From Spirochaetia bacterium (lineage in GTDB: Bacteria > Spirochaetota > Spirochaetia > UBA9216), in contig CAXXYH010000004.1 of assembly GCA_963677925.2 (NCBI GenBank), positions 128,001-192,000 on the forward strand: 64,000 nt of DNA. The letters run 5' to 3'. The position numbers were made by a program, and so were the translations under genes. The notes under the pieces were generated by a model that worked only from the letters and a program-made list of their open reading frames with translations, did not search any database and was not told the origin of the DNA. Positions 57,537 to 64,000 of the stretch are shown here, piece by piece; position 1 is the first letter of the stretch; each line of letters starts with the position of its first letter.

Positions 57537-60500
57537 CCCCCGGATTCGTAGTTTTTTTATAACACTTTTTTTTCTCGTGTTATCAACAGGGCTGTCTGCG
57601 CAGACTGACCGATGGCTCGATGCAGAGAGTATATCCGAGTTCAGGCTTGTTGATTCAACAGGGATAAGGGCTGTTGCGGTTTCACCCGACGGGAACTTTT
57701 TAGTTACCGGAGGAAATGACGGAACAGCAAGAATCTGGGAAACGTTCAGCGGAAAACTGACACGGGAATTGTACTCAAATGAAGATGACAGAATATTTTC
57801 CGTTTCCATTTCGCCTGATGGAGAAAGTATTGCAGCCGGATACTACAGCGGAATCATCAGACTATGGTCGACTGACACAGGTGAGATAATCTGGGAGACT
57901 CCAAAGATCTATGGAGCCTCTACAGTAGAGGAATTGAACTTCTCTCCTGATGGAGCAAGCATAGCGGCAATAGTCGGGTATGACGGACTTGTTATTCTTA
58001 ATGCTCTTAATGGGAGCACCCTCCTCCCGATCAATAGCATTGAATCGACTTATCAGCACCCAACTTCTGCAGCATTTTCAAAAGACAGCAGATTTGTTTT
58101 TGTAACTGCATCTATTTACATATATAAAGTGGAGATATCCTCCGGTGAAATATTACAGAAGGAACGGGGCGGCAACCCCTTAGCAGCATTTCCAGATAGC
58201 GGGCTGCTTGTAAATAACGGCTCTGAAAATCCGTCAATAATAAGAACCTCAGACCTGCAGCAGAAAACAGAATTTGAAGCACCAGGACATGCACACGCTT
58301 CAACCGGGACTATCAATGATATAGCAGTAGCCCCTGATGAAAGTATAATCGCAACATCCGGCCCGGACGGAACAATCAGATTGTGGGATACAGCTGACGG
58401 CGCCCAGTTAAACAAGCTTGTTTTCACGGGAGAACCGGAAGCTGTTGTTTTCCTGCCTGACAGCCGTTTTTTTGCAGCCGGCTTCAGTACCGGAGAAACC
58501 CTTATCTTCCGTGTAAGCGACGGAGCTCCGATCATGTCCTATGGAGAGAAAAAGTCCAATCCTGAAAAACCAGCAGCGCGCGAAATTGATCTTAAGGGTA
58601 ACGACTCATTTGCCAGATACGGACTGAAATGGCAGCAACTGAATGAGACAGCCCGCGAAGCCATAGAGTCCGGAAACCCGGCGGATGCTCTGGTTTATAC
58701 ACTCAACTATATTACCCAAAACCAGCCGGAGATCAGAGGCTTGGGCTCAGTGATGAGCACATCACTGCTTTTTGATACATATCTGATCGCTTCTGCAGCA
58801 GCATACATGCTTGATTTACACGCAGATGCAGTTGAATTTTTTTCACTTGCAGTTTCACCATGGGAAAAATCCGAGTACTATCCGGACAGGAATAACCCCA
58901 TGCTTTCTTCCTATGCAGGCTGGATAGGGTTTTCAGACAGAGAAAATGAACTTCGTAATTTTACAGGACTCAGCCCGGAGGAATCATTAAGCGGTATTAT
59001 TGAACTGCTGTATCCGGATCAGGCTGCAGAATTACTGATTGAATTTGTAGAAAGAGGCGTGACATTTCATATGCCGATTGTAAGGCAGGGGAAATTCTCA
59101 AATCTGCCCTTTCCCCGAAAGTCCATACTCAATGAGATTTTAAAACTGTTTAAGAGCAGTAATTTAAACGATCAAATTCTTTCAGTAAATCTTTCAACCG
59201 CGTACATTCTCCTTGCATATGCAGACTCGCCATGGAATCAGATTGAGGATGAAGAGTTCAAAATAATTGATAATCTTTATCAAGAAATCTCTGTGTTTGA
59301 TTCATCCTCATCACCTGACTTAGCAAGGAAAAAAAGCCGCTTTCTTCTGAATTACGGAGTCCTGTTGATACAAAGATCTGCAGACAGCACCCGCTATAAC
59401 CGCATAATACAGCAGGCTCTCGATACCGCAAAGATTTCCCGGGATGGAGATCTCATTATTGCTGTAGTTAGTGTGATCGAACAAATGTTACGTACTGAAA
59501 ACGATGTTAACTGGGAAAACATTTTCACTGAAGATCTTATTGCCGGGATTATTTCAGAAATAAAGGAGAACAACCAGGATACTCATGAACTGATCCTGAT
59601 GAACGATTTATTTGATGAACTGAAATTATTCCAGGAACAGAAACTGATGTACAAGGTACTTAACATTGATCCAGAATATGAATCATCTGATGAGGATTGG
59701 CTTTCACCGCCTTTCAGTATTCTTGATTCCGCATTCGGTGCTGATGAAGGAAATGACTGGACATGGGATGTCCGGACAGAAACATCACTCAAAAACGGTA
59801 TGGAAGCCTTGTCACAGTATTACAGCACAGACCCGCTTCTAACAGAGATTGATGCTGAACTGATAAGTGAACTATTTGAGTTTACAGATGATCTGATTTA
59901 TTATGATGAAGATTTCATTTCTTCATCCATAATTATCAATTGGCTGCTCAATTTTATCATAGAACATCCTGCATTCTCACTGCTTGGAGATTACGGGTAT
60001 TTCGACGATCTCATGGAAATGTTTGATAACGCCCTCACGGCAGCAGCTTTCACTCAGGATGTTGAAATGCTTGAAAAAACCCAGCAGGTATTATCATCTT
60101 TTGGGATTGATTCCGATGCAATGGCCCTCGAGCAGGAGACTGTCTCTTTGCTATTTTCGACATATATGAGATCAGGAAATCTTAATGCGGCAGCCGGCCT
60201 GCTGGAAAGCTTCCTTGAGCCTTTTTTCAGCTATGCAGCATCAACTGACTCTTATGCCAATGATCTTTCAGGGTTTATAGATCAATACCTTCTGGTTTTA
60301 AGTTCACTCGGCAGAAATGACGAGGTCATAACCTATTCATTAAAAAACCGTCATAGCCTGAGGCCCCTTCCTCCGGAAATATGGTTCCGCCTGGGCTATT
60401 CATTAATGGCAGAAAACCGGTATGAAGCGGCGGTATTTGCATATGAAAATGCTTACGGTTTATTCAGATCTTTCGGCGGTGATAATATAGACATCCTTGG

Positions 60501-62598
60501 AACTGCAATAAATCTCGGAACCGTTTACTTCCTGCTTGAAGACATGGAAAAGGCCTGGTTATGGTACTCAACAGCAGAGAAATTTCTCGCTTTAAAAAGA
60601 GTGAGCTTCGATTCAATCGGTTCTGCCCGGGATGAACTTACTGTATACATCAATTTGGCCTCAATTATCAGTGTCAGCGGACAAAACAGTATTAATTCGT
60701 GGGCTGAAAAATATCATACATCCTTGTGGACTACTGATCAGCTGCTGAAGAAAGCAGAAATGCGGCTGAAAGAATACAGAACGGCTCTTGATAAAGAACT
60801 TGCAGACTTCTCAGATTCTGCCCTCATGAGTAATGCCGTAAATACCGCCTTTATTGAAGAGCTTGATACCGCAGAAATGACCCTGAATTTCTTCAGTTCA
60901 GAGATTAGAATGAAGGAAGGTCGTGACGAAGAAGCACTGCAGCTGCACCGGGATTCAATGGATTTCATCATCGAACTTCTTCGTAAAGTACTGCCCGCTC
61001 TGCCTGAGCAGGCACGGGAACAGCTTTTGCAGAGTTATTCAAACTTTTTCTCAAAGCACTACCGTTTTATACACGATAACTATGAACAGATTCCGGAGCT
61101 TGCCGGTGAATTTTTTGATACAATGCTCTTCAGAAAGGGTGTGCTGCTGCAGTCTGTTGTGAGAATGGAAGCACGCATAGCGAAAAGCGGCGATCCAGGG
61201 TTAATTGAAAACTTTGCAACGTGGAAAACTCTCAAAGAAAAGATTGCCCTCAAAAATATTGAAGGTGATAACAGAAATAAAACATCTTCCGACAGTCTTC
61301 AATCACTTGAGGCTGAAGCTCTAGCTCTTGAAACAAAGATTGCAAGACAGTCTTCAGCATTCCGAAAAGAACAGTCAATTGATGACGCCACCTGGAAAGA
61401 CGTTCAGGCCGTGCTCGGTGCTAAAGAAGCTGCAATCGAAATGATTCGTTATGAAAGTATGCTTGACCGTTCAGGAAGCACTTCAGTCTATTACGGCATT
61501 TCGGTTCTGACAACAGACCGGGAACCGGAAATTACTTTCCTTGATAATGGAAGAAACATTGAAACAGAAGCGTATGAGGCATACCGGGAATGGATTGCAG
61601 CAATGGAGGCCGGTGAATACAGCCTTGAATTTTTCCAGCTGATGCAGAAATACGGCGGACCTGAACTGCCTGTACTGAAACAGCTGCTTAATACGTCATT
61701 TCTGGAACCATTGAATCAGCTGCTGCCGGAGAAAGTAGATACAGTTTATCTGAGCCCCGACGGTGTCTTCAGTCTGATTAACCTTGATATAATTTCAGAA
61801 TCTCCAAGAAGGATTCAGCTTGTCACAAGCACAAGGAAACTGATAGAGGAGCGTACAGCTGAGGAGAAGTTGGTCAGCAGACCTGATGACGCTGTTCTTA
61901 TTGGCGATCCGCAATTCAGCATTTTCCCTGAAAGCCCTGTTCAGGCCGGTGATTTATCAAAACCGCTCTACCGGGGAGGATCGCTGGCAAAGCTTCCGGG
62001 AACCCGGGAAGTAAAGATGCTGGGTCAAACTCTCAGCAGGGCAGGAACCGATGTAATTATTTACCTTGGAAATGAGGCCAGCGAAGAAAACGTAAAATCA
62101 CTTAACAGCTCACCATCCGTTCTGCACCTTGCAACACATGGCTTCTTTTTTGCCGATGCAAGCCCTGACCCGCTTTTGAACGGAGGTGTATATCTCTCGG
62201 GAGCACAGGACTCTATCAACTTCGGAGGTTTTCCTCCCGGACAGAAAGAGGACGGTCTGCTGACGGGCAGGGAAGTAAGTCTGCTTGATCTTTCAGATAC
62301 CAAACTGGTTGTTCTAAGCGCCTGTGAAACAGGACTTGGTGAACCGAGATCGGGAGAAGGTGTATACGGACTTCTAAGGGGATTTCAGGCGGCGGGTGCA
62401 GGGAATTTAATAGTCAGCCGCTGGAAGGTTTCTGATGAGGCTACAGCTGTTTTTATGCAGAGTTTCTACACAAGCTGGACTGAAGGGAAAACTGTAAGAG
62501 CGGCCTTCGAGCAGGCACAGCAGGAATTACGTAATAAGCCTGATTATGATTCTCCTTTCTACTGGGGAGCCTTCGTCCTTATTGATGCTGTTGAATAG
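57526..62598 (+). CDS. exported WD40-TPR-CHAT (caspase-like) protease
   Basis: Signal peptide, WD40 repeats (AVSPDG..TGGNDGTARIW), TPR-like helices, CHAT motifs LSPDG, LPGT, LHLATHGFF, LSACETGLG, YWGAF. Confidence 0.92.
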   Translation: MPTNPRIRSFFITLFFLVLSTGLSAQTDRWLDAESISEFRLVDSTGIRAVAVSPDGNFLVTGGNDGTARIWETFSGKLTRELYSNEDDRIFSVSISPDGESIAAGYYSGIIRLWSTDTGEIIWETPKIYGASTVEELNFSPDGASIAAIVGYDGLVILNALNGSTLLPINSIESTYQHPTSAAFSKDSRFVFVTASIYIYKVEISSGEILQKERGGNPLAAFPDSGLLVNNGSENPSIIRTSDLQQKTEFEAPGHAHASTGTINDIAVAPDESIIATSGPDGTIRLWDTADGAQLNKLVFTGEPEAVVFLPDSRFFAAGFSTGETLIFRVSDGAPIMSYGEKKSNPEKPAAREIDLKGNDSFARYGLKWQQLNETAREAIESGNPADALVYTLNYITQNQPEIRGLGSVMSTSLLFDTYLIASAAAYMLDLHADAVEFFSLAVSPWEKSEYYPDRNNPMLSSYAGWIGFSDRENELRNFTGLSPEESLSGIIELLYPDQAAELLIEFVERGVTFHMPIVRQGKFSNLPFPRKSILNEILKLFKSSNLNDQILSVNLSTAYILLAYADSPWNQIEDEEFKIIDNLYQEISVFDSSSSPDLARKKSRFLLNYGVLLIQRSADSTRYNRIIQQALDTAKISRDGDLIIAVVSVIEQMLRTENDVNWENIFTEDLIAGIISEIKENNQDTHELILMNDLFDELKLFQEQKLMYKVLNIDPEYESSDEDWLSPPFSILDSAFGADEGNDWTWDVRTETSLKNGMEALSQYYSTDPLLTEIDAELISELFEFTDDLIYYDEDFISSSIIINWLLNFIIEHPAFSLLGDYGYFDDLMEMFDNALTAAAFTQDVEMLEKTQQVLSSFGIDSDAMALEQETVSLLFSTYMRSGNLNAAAGLLESFLEPFFSYAASTDSYANDLSGFIDQYLLVLSSLGRNDEVITYSLKNRHSLRPLPPEIWFRLGYSLMAENRYEAAVFAYENAYGLFRSFGGDNIDILGTAINLGTVYFLLEDMEKAWLWYSTAEKFLALKRVSFDSIGSARDELTVYINLASIISVSGQNSINSWAEKYHTSLWTTDQLLKKAEMRLKEYRTALDKELADFSDSALMSNAVNTAFIEELDTAEMTLNFFSSEIRMKEGRDEEALQLHRDSMDFIIELLRKVLPALPEQAREQLLQSYSNFFSKHYRFIHDNYEQIPELAGEFFDTMLFRKGVLLQSVVRMEARIAKSGDPGLIENFATWKTLKEKIALKNIEGDNRNKTSSDSLQSLEAEALALETKIARQSSAFRKEQSIDDATWKDVQAVLGAKEAAIEMIRYESMLDRSGSTSVYYGISVLTTDREPEITFLDNGRNIETEAYEAYREWIAAMEAGEYSLEFFQLMQKYGGPELPVLKQLLNTSFLEPLNQLLPEKVDTVYLSPDGVFSLINLDIISESPRRIQLVTSTRKLIEERTAEEKLVSRPDDAVLIGDPQFSIFPESPVQAGDLSKPLYRGGSLAKLPGTREVKMLGQTLSRAGTDVIIYLGNEASEENVKSLNSSPSVLHLATHGFFFADASPDPLLNGGVYLSGAQDSINFGGFPPGQKEDGLLTGREVSLLDLSDTKLVVLSACETGLGEPRSGEGVYGLLRGFQAAGAGNLIVSRWKVSDEATAVFMQSFYTSWTEGKTVRAAFEQAQQELRNKPDYDSPFYWGAFVLIDAVE

Positions 62599-62606
62599 GA
62601 ATTAAT

Positions 62607-64000
62607 CTACTCAACCAGAATAAAAGCTCCCCAGTAATAGGCGTCTTCATATTTTTCCCGCAGCTCTGATATTGCCATATTATATGCAGTTCTGGTTTCC
62701 TCTCCGGAATATAGATGCCTGTAAAAACTAACCATCAGTTCTTTTGTGGCCGAATCATCTACCTTCCATAAACTCATAAGTACTGCATCAGCTCCGGCGC
62801 TCAGAAAAGCACGCTGCAGGCCGTACACCCCTTCTCCATTTACAACCTTTCCAAGTCCGGTCTCGCATGCCGAAAGGGTTACCAGCTTTGTTCCGTACAG
62901 ATCCAGATTCATAACTTCATAGGCTGTAAGGATGCCGTCATCCATACTGGAAGTATTTTCCGGAGATTGAAGGCTCCACCCTGCGCCTGCCAGATATAAT
63001 CCGGAACGAAGCAGAGGATTTTCCAGATATCTGTTTACTCCGGTATTAATTCCAGTAGCTTTTTTATTCTTGATTTGTGTATCAGTTAAGAAAAAACCGT
63101 GAGTTGTTATATGCAGTATTTCCGGATTTTTGATAGATTTAACAGCGTTCTCGGTAGCCTCATCAGCATGCAGCTCGAAATATTCGATATTCTTCTCTTC
63201 AAGTATTTCCAGAATACCATTCATTTCTTCTGCTGAGCCGGCAAGCGGTTCAAGTGAACCGCCGCTTCTGGTGTTTATCTCTGAAAGCAGTCCATCGGGC
63301 AGCATCGATGCGGAACCTGCAGGAGCAGATGAAGATGTACTCAAATAATAATCGGGATATCCGACAAGAACCGGTTCAGCAGAATTCAGCGATGCAGTTT
63401 TATCATACTGCTCAACAATTTCACGGGAATTGGTCACGATTCTGAAAGCATACCTGTCCGATAAATAATCCCCCTCCGGAGTTTTCAGTGTCTGCAGGTT
63501 GAGCAGATTATAAACTCCGTCCGGACTTAGAAAGACCGTTTTGACTCCCTCGGGAAGAATACTTTCGACAGACTCCCAGAAGGCTTCATATAGAAGTTCA
63601 TGCAGCTCAGAAAGCTCCTGACCTCCGTAGTTCTCTTTAAGATTGAATAATTCAAAACTATATTCACCCGATTCCATGGCTGCAACCCATTCACGATAGG
63701 CAGAATATGCTTCGTTCTCGATATATGATCCATCCTTCATAAGCTGAAAAAGAGGCTGCTCTTTTGAATCAGAAGTGATAACCAATGCTGCATAATGAAC
63801 ATCATCACCATAGGGATAGCGAAGAATCTCTACAGCGGCCTCATCAGGATTGAGAACATTTCGTATGTCCTGCCAGGAATACTCAATCTTATCACTCTCT
63901 CTGGCAAAAACAGAGGATTCGCGCGACAAGTCCTTTTCAAGGAAATTGATTTCACTCTTTAATTCTTCTTCAGTCAAGCCTGCAAGGGCTCCGGCGTTGC
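62607..64000 (-). CDS. CHAT domain protease, 5' part outside the window
   Basis: LSPDG, LHITTHGFF, LSACETGLG, SLWKV, YWGAF. The reading frame stays open to the window edge. Confidence 0.92.
   Translation of the reverse strand, partial: NAGALAGLTEEELKSEINFLEKDLSRESSVFARESDKIEYSWQDIRNVLNPDEAAVEILRYPYGDDVHYAALVITSDSKEQPLFQLMKDGSYIENEAYSAYREWVAAMESGEYSFELFNLKENYGGQELSELHELLYEAFWESVESILPEGVKTVFLSPDGVYNLLNLQTLKTPEGDYLSDRYAFRIVTNSREIVEQYDKTASLNSAEPVLVGYPDYYLSTSSSAPAGSASMLPDGLLSEINTRSGGSLEPLAGSAEEMNGILEILEEKNIEYFELHADEATENAVKSIKNPEILHITTHGFFLTDTQIKNKKATGINTGVNRYLENPLLRSGLYLAGAGWSLQSPENTSSMDDGILTAYEVMNLDLYGTKLVTLSACETGLGKVVNGEGVYGLQRAFLSAGADAVLMSLWKVDDSATKELMVSFYRHLYSGEETRTAYNMAISELREKYEDAYYWGAFILVE

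Noticed and set aside
62560-62636. 11-bp inverted repeat TACTGGGGAGC/GCTCCCCAGTA as terminator or element end
   Set aside because: Explained by the conserved YWGA codons of the two convergent CHAT paralogues.
57526-64000. Craspase/type III CRISPR-associated or gasdermin-linked CHAT defence system
   Set aside because: No Cas7-11, SAVED, CRISPR array or recognisable gasdermin in the window, and CHAT1 has a signal peptide. Genes beyond the window edge cannot be judged.

Overview
Bacterial chromosome segment, very probably from a free-living spirochaete (Spirochaetaceae-like), judged from gene content such as the archaeal-type PyrH, the moxR-bat operon and the OmpA and RodZ types. Bases 1-33.6 kb are mostly core genes: rplM, ferredoxin, a frameshifted pcrA/uvrD, glnS, rimO-rodZ-lolA-TPR, pyrH-rsmE, tRNA-Leu(CAA), a PHP phosphatase, OmpA, a degenerate DEAD/DbpA protein, dksA, infA, argJ-moxR-DUF58-batABCD-smr, hisJ, an HD-GYP protein, ald with its Lrp regulator, and tRNA-Arg(CCT). 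Downstream of tRNA-Arg lies a patchwork accessory region with no integrase visible. It holds (i) a beta-helix lipoprotein / VTC polyphosphate-polymerase domain / DUF4956 / putative beta-barrel operon, (ii) a GntR-regulated TRAP plus enolase-superfamily acid-catabolism cluster with lipoate ligase, and (iii) an envelope cluster of two paralogous lipoproteins, a circularly permuted vWA lipoprotein, a beta-barrel, a thioredoxin, a CHASE2-like sensor with no output domain, a FecR-like exported protein and two convergent caspase-like CHAT proteases. The most unusual signals are this CHASE2/FecR/CHAT module, the permuted vWA domain, the VTC operon, and a 65-nt-period structured repeat of the tRNA-Leu 3' end with compensatory base changes. 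All family calls come from motif recognition only; no database searches were run.
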